Shown here in pieces: positions 29,885 through 39,329 of a DNA stretch of 64,000 nucleotides. The stretch's first letter is position 1, and each line of letters opens with the position of its first letter. Origin of the DNA: Alphaproteobacteria bacterium (lineage in GTDB: Bacteria; Pseudomonadota; Alphaproteobacteria; Micavibrionales; UBA2020). The stretch covers positions 41,978 to 105,977 of the forward strand of contig JBGGMV010000072.1 in assembly GCA_041287865.1 (NCBI GenBank), read 5' to 3'. Made by a program: the position numbers and the translations under genes. The notes beneath the pieces were generated by a model that saw only the letters and a program-made list of their open reading frames with translations, did no database searches and had not been told where the DNA came from.

Positions 29885-32800
29885 ATGAATATCTCGCGCT
29901 ATTTCATCGACCGCCCGATCCTTGCCAGCGTGCTGTCGCTGCTGATTTTCATTGCCGGCCTTGCGTCGGTATTCCGCCTGCCGGTTGCGGAATACCCCGA
30001 AGTCGTTCCGCCCTCCATCTCCGTCATCGCCAACTACCCGGGCGCAAACCCGCAGGTGATCGCCGAAACGGTGGCAACGCCGCTGGAACAGCAGATCAAC
30101 GGGGTGGAGGACATGCTTTATATGTCCTCGCAAAGCACCTCCGACGGCGCGATGAACCTGACGGTGACGTTTAAAATCGGCACCGACCCCGACCATGCGC
30201 AGCAGCTGGTGCAGAACCGCGTGAACCAGGCCCTGCCGCGCCTGCCCGATATCGTGCGCCAAATTGGTGTCACGACGATCAAGGCGATGTCCGACCTTGC
30301 GTTGGTCGTCCACGTGCTGTCGCCCAACCAGCGTTACGACATGCTCTACCTTGGCAACTACGCCATGCTGAACATCCGCGACCGGTTGCAGCGTGTGCCC
30401 GGCGTCGGCAACGTGATGGTCTTCGGCGCGTCCGACTACGCGATGCGCGTCTGGCTCGACCCCGAAAAAGTCGCCGCGCGCGACCTCAACGCTGGCGACG
30501 TGGTCAACGCCATCCGCGGCCAGAACCTGCAGGTCGCCGCAGGCATCATCGGTGCGCCGCCGTCGCCCCCCGGCACAGCCATGCAGTTGAACGTGAACGC
30601 GCAGGGCCGCCTGATCACCGAGGAAGAATTCGCCAATATCATCGTCAAGACATCGCCCGATGGCGCGATCACGCGCCTGAAAGACCTCGCGCGGATCGAA
30701 CTGGGCTCGACCAACTATGCGCTCCGCTCCCTGCTCGATAACAAGCCCGCCATCGGCATCGGCATTATTCAGGCACCGGGCTCTAACACCATCGCCGTTT
30801 CCGACGGCGTGCGCGCAGCCATGGCCGAGCTGAAGGCCGATTTCCCCGAGGACGTGGATTACAGCATCGTCTACGACCCCACGACCTTCGTGAAAGAATC
30901 GATCCGTGCCGTCGTGCATACGCTGCTGGAGGCGATTGCGCTGGTGGTGCTGGTCGTTATCGTCTTTTTGCAGACCTGGCGCGCCTCCATCATCCCGCTG
31001 CTGGCCGTGCCGGTTTCCATCGTCGGCACTTTCGCGCCCATGCTGGCCATGGGCTTTTCGATTAACGCGCTGACGCTCTTCGGCCTTGTTCTATCCATCG
31101 GCATCGTGGTCGACGACGCCATCGTTGTGGTCGAAAACGTGGAACGCAATATCGAGGAAGGCAAGAGCCCCCGCGAAGCGACATATCAGGCGATGCGCGA
31201 GGTTTCAGGCCCCATTATCGCCATTGCGCTCACGCTCATCACCGTTTTCGTGCCCATCGCTTTTGTTAGCGGGCTGACAGGCCAGTTCTACCGCCAGTTC
31301 GCGCTCACCATCGCGATCTCGACCGTTATTTCCGCCTTCAATTCGCTCACGCTCAGCCCTGCCCTTACCGCCATCCTGCTGAAAAGCCACGACGCGCCGC
31401 CCGACAAGCTGACAGTCGGGATGGAAAAAATTCTCGGCTGGTTCTTCACGCGCTTCAACACCTTCTTCAAGAACTGGTCGACCAGCTATTCCGGCCGCGT
31501 GCGCCGTACTGTGGGCCGCAAGACCTTTGCGATGGTGATCTATTTCGTGCTGATCGGCTTCGCCTGGCTGGGTTTCCACACGGTGCCCACCGGCTATATT
31601 CCGCAGCTGGACAAACAATACCTGATCGGCTTCACCCTGCTGCCCGATGGCGCGACGCTGGACCGCACCGAAGATGTCATCCGCCGCATGTCGGAAAAAG
31701 TCATGGCGACGCCAGGCGTGGCGCATGCGGTCGCGCTGCCGGGTCTTTCCATCAACGGCTTTACCAACAGTTCAAACGCCGGCATCGTCTTCGTGACGCT
31801 GAAACCCTTCGAGGAACGCGAGGGCCCCGGCATGTCGGCCGTGGAAATCGCGGGCCAGCTGATGGGTGAATTCGGCGGCTATAAAGACGCATTCGCTGTC
31901 ATGTTCCCGCCGCCGCCGATTATCGGCCTCGGCACGACCGGCGGCTTCAAGGTGCAGGTCGAGGACAAGGGCGACCTCGGCAACGAAGCGCTTTATGGCG
32001 CTGTACAGGGCGCACTGAACAAGATGCGCGCAGACCCGCATTTCATCCCCATGGCGACCTACAGCGGCTATGAAATCAACGTGCCGCAGATTTACGTCGA
32101 CATCGACCGCACGCGCGCGATGCAGTTGGGCGTGCCGATCAATGCCATTTTTGAAACCATGCAGGTTTATCTGGGCTCGCTCTACGTCAATGACTTCAAT
32201 AAATTCGGGCGCACCTATCAGGTCATCGCGCAGGCCGACGGGCCCTACCGCGCCAAGGCGGAGGATATCGCGAAACTGAAAGTCCGCAATCTCGCGGGCG
32301 AGATGGTGCCGCTGGGTTCTTTCCTGAAAATCAAACAGAGCTATGGCCCCGAACGTTCCACGCGCTATAACGCCATGCGCTCCGCCGACATCAACGGCAC
32401 GGCCAATTTCGGCGTCTCCAGCGGCGATGCCCAGAGCGCGGTCGAGAGAATCCTGAAAGAAAGCCTGCCCAAGGGCATGACCTTCGAATGGACGGAGCTG
32501 ACCTACCAGCAGATTTTGGCCGGTGACTCGACGCTTTATATCTTCCCGCTCTGCGTCATTCTGGTCTTCCTTGTGCTGGCCGCGCAGTATGAAAGCCTTG
32601 TGCTGCCGCTGGCGGTGATCCTGATCGTGCCCATGTGCCTGCTCTGCGCTATCTTCGGCGTCTGGCTCGACAGCCTTGATAACAACATCTTCACCCAGAT
32701 CGGCCTGATCGTCCTGGTCGGCCTTGCGTGCAAGAACGCGATTCTGATCGTCGAATTCGCGCGCGAGCTGGAACTGGAAGGCAAAACGCCTGTCGAGGCG

Positions 32801-33061
32801 GCGGTCGAATCCGCTCGCCTTCGCCTTCGCCCCATCCTGATGACGTCATTCGCCTTTATCATGGGCGTGGTGCCGCTGGTGCTGTCGTCCGGTGCTGGCG
32901 CTGAAATGCGCCATGCGATGGGTGTGGCGGTCTTTTCGGGGATGCTGGGCGTGACCTTCTTCGGTCTTTACCTCACGCCGGTGTTCTACGTGCTGCTGCG
33001 CGAGCTGTCAGGCAAGAAGCTGACTTCTGTCGTGCCGCCGCAATTGCACAGCCACGGTTAA
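29885..33061 (+). CDS. RND multidrug efflux transporter (AcrB/MexB-like)
   Basis: 1058 aa. Starts MNISRYFIDRPILASVLSLLIF and shows 12-TM RND organisation. Confidence 0.9.
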   Translation: MNISRYFIDRPILASVLSLLIFIAGLASVFRLPVAEYPEVVPPSISVIANYPGANPQVIAETVATPLEQQINGVEDMLYMSSQSTSDGAMNLTVTFKIGTDPDHAQQLVQNRVNQALPRLPDIVRQIGVTTIKAMSDLALVVHVLSPNQRYDMLYLGNYAMLNIRDRLQRVPGVGNVMVFGASDYAMRVWLDPEKVAARDLNAGDVVNAIRGQNLQVAAGIIGAPPSPPGTAMQLNVNAQGRLITEEEFANIIVKTSPDGAITRLKDLARIELGSTNYALRSLLDNKPAIGIGIIQAPGSNTIAVSDGVRAAMAELKADFPEDVDYSIVYDPTTFVKESIRAVVHTLLEAIALVVLVVIVFLQTWRASIIPLLAVPVSIVGTFAPMLAMGFSINALTLFGLVLSIGIVVDDAIVVVENVERNIEEGKSPREATYQAMREVSGPIIAIALTLITVFVPIAFVSGLTGQFYRQFALTIAISTVISAFNSLTLSPALTAILLKSHDAPPDKLTVGMEKILGWFFTRFNTFFKNWSTSYSGRVRRTVGRKTFAMVIYFVLIGFAWLGFHTVPTGYIPQLDKQYLIGFTLLPDGATLDRTEDVIRRMSEKVMATPGVAHAVALPGLSINGFTNSSNAGIVFVTLKPFEEREGPGMSAVEIAGQLMGEFGGYKDAFAVMFPPPPIIGLGTTGGFKVQVEDKGDLGNEALYGAVQGALNKMRADPHFIPMATYSGYEINVPQIYVDIDRTRAMQLGVPINAIFETMQVYLGSLYVNDFNKFGRTYQVIAQADGPYRAKAEDIAKLKVRNLAGEMVPLGSFLKIKQSYGPERSTRYNAMRSADINGTANFGVSSGDAQSAVERILKESLPKGMTFEWTELTYQQILAGDSTLYIFPLCVILVFLVLAAQYESLVLPLAVILIVPMCLLCAIFGVWLDSLDNNIFTQIGLIVLVGLACKNAILIVEFARELELEGKTPVEAAVESARLRLRPILMTSFAFIMGVVPLVLSSGAGAEMRHAMGVAVFSGMLGVTFFGLYLTPVFYVLLRELSGKKLTSVVPPQLHSHG

Positions 33062-35625
33062 CCCGTATTCCTCATCCCTGCCGAGATGCCGCCAATGGTA
33101 AGCGCCAGTGTGCGGCGCAGATCGCGCGGCGGGCGCCTCATGCTGCGGTATTCCTTCAGCAAATGCGCTTGCAGAATATTCAGCACATCGACATAGGGCG
33201 TACGCAGGCGGATAGACCTTGCCAGCACCTGCTTTTCCGCCAGCAGTTCCTCGCGCCCCGCAACCTTCAGCAGCATCTTGCGCGTATCGGCAAGGCGTTT
33301 CAGGTATTCCTTCGTCAGCCACTGCAGGCGTGGCTCCACCAGCAGCGCCGAATAGTATTCGGTGATGGCGGGGTCGGCCTTCGCCACGGTCATTTCGACA
33401 AGGTCGATCATCGCGTTAAAGAAAGGCCAGTCCTTGTACATCGCCTGCAGCGTGCCGAGGTTTCCGGACTTTATTTCGTCCTGCAGCGCGTCGGCGACGC
33501 CCAGCCATGCGGGCAGCAGGGTGCGCGATTGTGTCCAGCCGAAAACCCAGGGGATAGCGCGCAAGGATTCCAGACCGCCGTCTTTCTTGCGCCTGCCCGG
33601 GCGGCTGCCGATTTTAAGCAGGCCCAGCTCGGCGGTGGGTGTTAACTGCGTATAATGCGCCATGAAATCCGGTTCTTCGTAAACAGATTTGCGGAAGGCG
33701 GCGGAAGAGGTGCGGGCAAGGCGCTCCATCACCTTCATCCATTCCGGCGCGATTTTGGGTGGCGGCAACAAAATGGCTTCCATGAAGCCGGACAGGTAAA
33801 GCTCCATCGTGCGCTGCGCGACGCCGGGCAGGCCGAATTTCGCCTCGATCGCCTCGCCCTGTTCCGTCACGCGGATTCGCTTCGTCAGGTGCGGGCGGGG
33901 CAGGGCCAGAAGCGCGGTTTCAATCGGCCCGCCGCCCCGCGCGACGCTGCCGCCGCGCCCGTGGAAGAATGTCGTGCGGATGCCATGTTTCTTGCCGATG
34001 ACCAGCAGGTCGGACTGCAGCCGGTAAATCTCCCATGCCGCGCCGATATAACCGCCGCGCTTGGCGCTGTCGGAATAGCCCAGCATGATCTGCTGTTCCT
34101 TGCCAACGTGCTTGCGGTAGGCGGGCAGGCGGTAAAGGCTCTCCATCACCTCCCGCGCGCTCTCTAAACTGGCGGGGGTTTCGAACAGGGGGCAGATGGG
34201 CACACCGCTGTCCACGCCTGCGGCCTTCATCAGGAACATAACGCCCAGCAGGTCGGAGGCATGGGACGCCATCGAGATAATATAAGGCCCTAAAAATTCA
34301 TGCGGCATATCGCGGTAAAGCCGCAGCGTGTCCAGCACCTCCGCTGTCTTCTTTGAAACCCGCGACGGTTTTTGCCCGCGCTTCAGCGCCGAGGAAATAA
34401 GCCGTATTTTATGGGCTTCGCCAGCCTGCGCATATCCCGGCAGCAGTTCCGCCAGCGCGGCCGCATGGATATCCGCGCTCTGGCGAATATCCAGTTTCAG
34501 GAAGCACAGGCCGAAAATACGCACGCGCCAGATCAGTTCCTGCAAGGGCGTGCGGATAAAGGCCTCGGCCCCGCTTTCCTTCAAAAAATCCTGCAGGCTA
34601 TACAACCGGTCAAGGAAGTCGCGGCGCGTAAAGCTGCCGGTGTCCTTCCTGAAGGCGCGGAGCTTTTTTTCCATGCCCGCGATGCGGTTCAAACATCCTT
34701 TTTGCACCTTTGCGCCGATGCCTTCATGATCGAGCGGGAAGGCCTCGCGCAGTTCTTTCAATGCGGCAAGATAACGCGATGTCGCGGCCTTAGTCGTTTC
34801 CTGCAGAACGCGGCGCGTCGTTTTCGCCGTCACGCCGGGATGCCCGTCGCGGTCGCCGCCCATCCATGACGCGAAACGGATCGGGCGGGGGAAGAGGTCG
34901 GACATGTCGCCGACGGCGATTTTATACGCGGCGGACATCTGGTGATGGAAATCGGTCACCGCGCGCCAGAGGATGCGCTCCGCGAATTCAAGACCGTAAC
35001 GGGCTTCATCAACCGGCGTGGGTTTGCGTTCGCGCACCACGCCTGACAGCCATAATTGCGTAATGATGGAGCGCACATCGCGCAGCATCAGTTCTTTTTC
35101 GGTTTCGTCATGTTCGGGGCTGCCGAGTTTCAGCAGGGTGAACGACAGGTCGCGGTAGGCGCGGATAGCCTGCGGCATCATGGCTTCAGTCGGATGCGCG
35201 GTCATCACCAGTTCGATCTGCGCATCGCGGAGCGCGGCTTTGATCGCGGCGGGCGCAACGCCGCTTTCGCGCAGGCGCGTGAAGGTATCGAGCGGCGAAG
35301 CGCGCTGCGCCACCGAACCACCGACGCGGTGTGCCTGACGGCGGCGGATGCGGTGCGTTTGCTCGGCTAAATTCGCAAGGCGCAGGAATTCGGTATAGGC
35401 CTTGGCGACTTTATATTTTTGCGTGTGGGAGAGGCTTTGCAGCTCTTTCTCGATGCCGCGGTGCGCCTGCTTGTCGCCAAGCCGCGCTTTCTGCGCCAGC
35501 TTGCGCATGCGTTCTACCTTGTCGAGCAACGGCTTGCCTTCGAAGCGCTCGATCACCTCGCCCAATATGCCGCCCAGCAGGCGGATGTCTTTTGCCAGTT
35601 CTGCCTGTGTTGCGCTAAATGCCAT
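33058..35625 (-). CDS. ppc: Phosphoenolpyruvate carboxylase
   Basis: 855 aa. VMTAHPTE, GYSDSAKRGG and FHGRGGSVARGGGP motifs, and the C-terminal GMRNTG. Confidence 0.95.
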   Translation of the reverse strand: MAFSATQAELAKDIRLLGGILGEVIERFEGKPLLDKVERMRKLAQKARLGDKQAHRGIEKELQSLSHTQKYKVAKAYTEFLRLANLAEQTHRIRRRQAHRVGGSVAQRASPLDTFTRLRESGVAPAAIKAALRDAQIELVMTAHPTEAMMPQAIRAYRDLSFTLLKLGSPEHDETEKELMLRDVRSIITQLWLSGVVRERKPTPVDEARYGLEFAERILWRAVTDFHHQMSAAYKIAVGDMSDLFPRPIRFASWMGGDRDGHPGVTAKTTRRVLQETTKAATSRYLAALKELREAFPLDHEGIGAKVQKGCLNRIAGMEKKLRAFRKDTGSFTRRDFLDRLYSLQDFLKESGAEAFIRTPLQELIWRVRIFGLCFLKLDIRQSADIHAAALAELLPGYAQAGEAHKIRLISSALKRGQKPSRVSKKTAEVLDTLRLYRDMPHEFLGPYIISMASHASDLLGVMFLMKAAGVDSGVPICPLFETPASLESAREVMESLYRLPAYRKHVGKEQQIMLGYSDSAKRGGYIGAAWEIYRLQSDLLVIGKKHGIRTTFFHGRGGSVARGGGPIETALLALPRPHLTKRIRVTEQGEAIEAKFGLPGVAQRTMELYLSGFMEAILLPPPKIAPEWMKVMERLARTSSAAFRKSVYEEPDFMAHYTQLTPTAELGLLKIGSRPGRRKKDGGLESLRAIPWVFGWTQSRTLLPAWLGVADALQDEIKSGNLGTLQAMYKDWPFFNAMIDLVEMTVAKADPAITEYYSALLVEPRLQWLTKEYLKRLADTRKMLLKVAGREELLAEKQVLARSIRLRTPYVDVLNILQAHLLKEYRSMRRPPRDLRRTLALTIGGISAGMRNTG

Positions 35626-35628
35626 GGC

Positions 35629-37449
35629 TTATCCGTTCGCCGCAATAGGCAGTTCGGCAGGAAGGAAGCCGCCCGCCTGCAGGCGCCAGAGCCGCGCGAA
35701 GATCCCGCCCTTGGCCATCAGCTCATCGAACGATCCATCCTCCAGCACCTTGCCGTGTTCCATCACGATAATCCTGTCCATGCGCGACAGGGTGGAAAGC
35801 CGGTGTGCGATCACCAGAGTCGTGCGTCCCTCCATCGCCGTCAGCATCGCCTGCTGGATGGCCTTCTCGGTTTCGCTGTCGAGGGCCGATGTGGCCTCGT
35901 CGAGCACCAGTATCGGTGCGTTCTTGATAATCGCGCGGGCGATTGCGACCCTTTGACGCTGACCACCCGACAGCTTCACGCCACGTTCGCCCACCAGCGT
36001 GTCGTAGGATTTGGGCAGTATGGCGATAAAGCCGTCGGCCTCCGCCGCTTTCGCGGCTGCATGGACTTCCTCGTCCGTTGCGCTCAAGCGGCCATAGCGG
36101 ATATTTTCGCCCAGCGTGCGGTGGAACAGCACGGGTTCCTGCGGAATGACGGAAATGGCGGTGTGCAGGCTGTCCTGCGTCACTTCGGCGATATTCTGAC
36201 CGTCGATATAAATGCCGCCGCCCCGCACATCATGCGCGCGTAAGAGAATCTGGCAGAGCGTGCTTTTGCCCGCGCCGCTGACGCCGACCAAGCCAACCTT
36301 CTGCCCTGCCGGGATGCGCAGGTTAAGTTTTTCGAACACCGGCTGCCCCGGGATGTAGCTGAAATCGACGTCGCGGAATTCAATCTCGCCCTTCGGCACC
36401 TGCAAATCCGGCGCGTCTTTTGCATCCACCACCGACAAGGGCGTGGAGATTTTATGCAGCGCCTCGTGCAAAATGCCGACATCGTCGAATTTCGATGACA
36501 GCAAGCTGACCGTCCCCGCCAGCGCGCCGAACATGTTCATCGCAAGGCCGACCGTCATGGCCAGCTGCGCCGTATTCACCTGCCCCTGTTGCCAGCCATA
36601 GACGACCAGCGCCATAAAACCGCAGAGGAAGAAGGTCATGATCGTATCGAAAGTGCCCCAGAACCAGCTGACGTAACGATATCTGTCTAGAAAGGTCTGC
36701 GTCATGCCTTCCTGCGCGAAATCCAGCCGCCCCAGTTCCTCCCGCCAGCCCGCGTTTTGCTGCACGATGGTCAGGTTGGTGGTGCTGTCGACGATATAAC
36801 CCGTCAGCTGCGATGATTTTTCGGCATGGCGGGTGGATAGTGCCGTCCATTTCGGCGCGGTTAGCAGGGCACAGATAGCGCCGGAGACGATAAAGGCCGG
36901 GATGAACAGCGCGAAGATCGGCGTAATGCTCCACAGCAGGATACCGCCGGTGATAAAACGCACGATCAGCGAAATGATGTTGTACTGCAGCTTGTCGCGC
37001 AGGCTGCTGATGACGTCGCCCGCGCGGCGCACATGGTTGGCCAGCACGCCCGCGAAGTTCGCGTGCAGGAAGGCCTGGCTCTGCTGGATCAGTCGCGCGA
37101 AGAGCAGCGCGCGGGTGGTATTCAGCAGCTCGGGCACATAGCGCCGCTCCATCCACTCGCGCCCGCGGTATGCGGCGTTGCGCAGCATCCAGAGTCCGGA
37201 GAGCAGCAGCAACTCGTACCCCACCCCCGCCCACAGTTCTTCAGGCTTCGCGGCCGTCACTACGCCGACGATGCGGCCCAGCACCCAGGGCACCATGGTG
37301 TCGGATGCCGTGGCCACGACTTCGAACATCAGGCAGATCAGCGCCTGAATCTTCATGCGGCGCGAGCAATGTTTCAGCACATAGCCGATAAAGGCCAGCG
37401 GCTTGTCGGGCGTGCGGGGGATTCGCTTTGGCATCGCGGCGGCGGTCAT
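35629..37449 (-). CDS. ABC exporter, fused permease and ATPase (MsbA-like)
   Basis: Six-TM N-terminal half. Walker A GVSGAGKST, signature LSGGQRQR, Walker B ILVLDEATSALD. Confidence 0.85.
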   Translation of the reverse strand: MTAAAMPKRIPRTPDKPLAFIGYVLKHCSRRMKIQALICLMFEVVATASDTMVPWVLGRIVGVVTAAKPEELWAGVGYELLLLSGLWMLRNAAYRGREWMERRYVPELLNTTRALLFARLIQQSQAFLHANFAGVLANHVRRAGDVISSLRDKLQYNIISLIVRFITGGILLWSITPIFALFIPAFIVSGAICALLTAPKWTALSTRHAEKSSQLTGYIVDSTTNLTIVQQNAGWREELGRLDFAQEGMTQTFLDRYRYVSWFWGTFDTIMTFFLCGFMALVVYGWQQGQVNTAQLAMTVGLAMNMFGALAGTVSLLSSKFDDVGILHEALHKISTPLSVVDAKDAPDLQVPKGEIEFRDVDFSYIPGQPVFEKLNLRIPAGQKVGLVGVSGAGKSTLCQILLRAHDVRGGGIYIDGQNIAEVTQDSLHTAISVIPQEPVLFHRTLGENIRYGRLSATDEEVHAAAKAAEADGFIAILPKSYDTLVGERGVKLSGGQRQRVAIARAIIKNAPILVLDEATSALDSETEKAIQQAMLTAMEGRTTLVIAHRLSTLSRMDRIIVMEHGKVLEDGSFDELMAKGGIFARLWRLQAGGFLPAELPIAANG

Positions 37450-37650
37450 GGCTGATATCCTAAGGGTCGGGAAAAGCAGGGCTTTTCAGTCTAGCGCGGG
37501 GCGGGGGGGCGTCAATCGCCTGACTATAATATAAAGGGCTGCCGCTGCGCCGGGGACAAAGGCAGAACGGGCCCTTTAGGCGCAAATTTAATTAGTCCTT
37601 CAATTTCAGCCGCTTAATTTTTGTAATCGCGCGTCAAATGAACTCGATGA

Positions 37651-37705
37651 TTGACATAACATTAAAACCATCCTAAAAAGTGTCGCGCTCGATTGGTTAT
37701 GTCAA
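37651..37705 (+). promoter_or_regulatory. Promoter-like TTGACA-N17-TAAAAA embedded in a 10-bp perfect inverted repeat
   Basis: TTGACATAAC (37651-37660) and GTTATGTCAA (37696-37705) are exact reverse complements 35 nt apart. The first arm contains the -35 hexamer, and TAAAAA lies at 37674-37679. Confidence 0.4.
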
Positions 37706-37739
37706 ACGGGCAGCGTGTCACTTTTTAGGAGTGTGTCCA

Positions 37740-39275
37740 GTGTCCTATTATTCTTCCTTCGGCAGTAACAATTCAATTTCCAGCATCAACAGAACGGTCG
37801 GCGAACTGATCGAAGATCAGGAAGCGGGTATCCGCACGCTCGAATCCGCAGCCTCCAACGTTGCGAGCGACAAGCGCTCCGCGCGTTCGCTGATGGAGCA
37901 GAGCATCCGCGCGCTGGTGAAGGTCGATGATAAAGACCGTTACGCCGAGCTGACCGCCGCCGCAAAAGCCGCGAACATCGGCCAGGATTACACCGCGACA
38001 GTCGCGGAATGGACGCGTCTCGACATCGTCAATCGCGACGAGAAAACCGGCCTCGTGAAAGCCTGGGGCAGCCGCACCGAAGTCGGCCAGAAAGCCGCCG
38101 ATGTTCACTCCGAAATCACGCTCATCAGCACGGCCCTTGCCGATATTTCGCCGCAGATCGACGCTTTCGACCTGACCACCGCGAAAATCAAGGCGCATAA
38201 CGAAAAATATAAAGAAAAGCCGAACGCGCAGATCACCGAAGAAAACCACGACGGCTTCGAAAAATTCAAGTTCGGCGCTTTCTGCAAGTGGGTGGTCGGC
38301 TGGTGCTTCGGCGCATGGGGCGGCGAATACAACGCCTACCGCGTCATCAACGGCTATACCAAGCAATATGGCGACTATTACGAAAGCGCCACCATCATCG
38401 CCAAGCAGCGCAAGAACGAAGAGAAACTGGAAGGCGACAAAGCCGAGAAGACCAAGGACTACAACCAGCTCTCCGGCATCTGCAACCGCATGGACCAGCT
38501 GGACGGCAGCTACAAAGGCCCGACGGGCATCGCCGAGGGCATCCGCTCCGCCATCATTTCGGCCCTGACCGGCAACCGCAACCTCGGCCAGGCGCTGATC
38601 AACGAAACGAAAACGGTTGAAGCCACCAACGCCACGCTCGGTCTCGAAAAACTGCTGGCGCTGGAACCGGTCGCCAAAGTCGCTTCCAGCCAGCTGGAGC
38701 AGGCCAAAGCAACGCTCCGCGATCTCGCGGATGTGAAGGACGACCTGCAAAGCGCCGTCGGCCGCGTCGGCAACCAGACGGTCAACTACGACCTCGACAA
38801 CCTGTCACGCAAGGTCAGCGCTGCCGCGAAAACCGCGCGCCGCACGGCCTCCAGCGTCAACGAAGCCAGCGACGCCATCGAGGTTTATCAGGTGCAGCAA
38901 GGCGCCAGCCAGTCCGGCATGGCCGATGCGTTGAAATCGAAAGGCGCGCTGGAATACACCAGCAACGCCCTGTCGCTCGATTTCGGCGGCCTGAAAACGG
39001 CCGTCTATAACGAAGTGCAGGAATACGAGCGCGAGCAGGCCCGCCTGCGCGAACTCGAGCGCCAGCGCCAGGCCGCGATCGAGGCCGAACGCCAGCGCAA
39101 GATGCAGGAGACCTTCAACGACATCGCCCGCGCGCAGGCCAACGCCGCCCGCAACAACCACCCCACGGTGTCCACGCCCAGCTACAACAACAGCAATGAT
39201 GACGACATCAGCTCCTCGACCTCCTCGCGTCGCGGCAATGATGACGACATCAGCGCAGGCCCTGCCCGCCGTTAA
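37740..39275 (+). CDS. Hypothetical long helical/coiled-coil protein with a central Trp/Gly/Cys-rich hydrophobic hairpin
   Basis: ORF 37680..39275. The start was moved to the GTG at 37740, 8 nt after TAGGAG. Hydrophobic segment FGAFCKWVVGWCFGAWGG lies at 38271-38324. Heptad-like Ala/Glu/Gln/Lys-rich sequence flanks it. The C-terminal tail carries a duplicated NDDDIS motif. No family was recognised. Confidence 0.6.
   Translation: MSYYSSFGSNNSISSINRTVGELIEDQEAGIRTLESAASNVASDKRSARSLMEQSIRALVKVDDKDRYAELTAAAKAANIGQDYTATVAEWTRLDIVNRDEKTGLVKAWGSRTEVGQKAADVHSEITLISTALADISPQIDAFDLTTAKIKAHNEKYKEKPNAQITEENHDGFEKFKFGAFCKWVVGWCFGAWGGEYNAYRVINGYTKQYGDYYESATIIAKQRKNEEKLEGDKAEKTKDYNQLSGICNRMDQLDGSYKGPTGIAEGIRSAIISALTGNRNLGQALINETKTVEATNATLGLEKLLALEPVAKVASSQLEQAKATLRDLADVKDDLQSAVGRVGNQTVNYDLDNLSRKVSAAAKTARRTASSVNEASDAIEVYQVQQGASQSGMADALKSKGALEYTSNALSLDFGGLKTAVYNEVQEYEREQARLRELERQRQAAIEAERQRKMQETFNDIARAQANAARNNHPTVSTPSYNNSNDDDISSSTSSRRGNDDDISAGPARR
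39193..39254 (+). repeat. Perfect 20-nt direct repeat inside the CDS (GCAATGATGACGACATCAGC x2)
   Basis: Copies at 39193-39212 and 39235-39254, with a 42-nt period. They encode the duplicated peptide NDDDIS. Confidence 0.9.
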
Positions 39276-39329
39276 CAAAATTACTTAAAAATACTCGAAC
39301 AAACCAACACAGAAGAAGGAAACGACAAC

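Noticed and set aside
28637-33061. RND pump lacking an outer-membrane factor gene, considered as an anomaly.
   Set aside because: Two-gene MFP-RND operons that borrow a TolC-like channel encoded elsewhere are common.
33058-33061. Convergent or abutting gene ends: acrB-like/ppc 4 nt, M16/trpA 4 nt, uraD/allantoicase 0 nt, ANK/uraH 16 nt, ART-like/51830 gene 11 nt.
   Set aside because: This appears to be a general feature of this compact genome, not a specific regulatory device. It is noted only where it may matter (ANK/uraH).
37470-37578. Small hairpins (GAAAAGC-AGG-GCTTTTC at 37470-37486; TAAAGGGC...GCCCTTTA at 37532-37578) and a TATAAT hexamer (37525-37530) in the ABC-exporter/operon intergenic region, considered as a possible sRNA or REP element.
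   Set aside because: No matching -35 element, terminator U-tract or second copy was seen. The evidence is too weak for a feature, although transcript mapping could revisit it.
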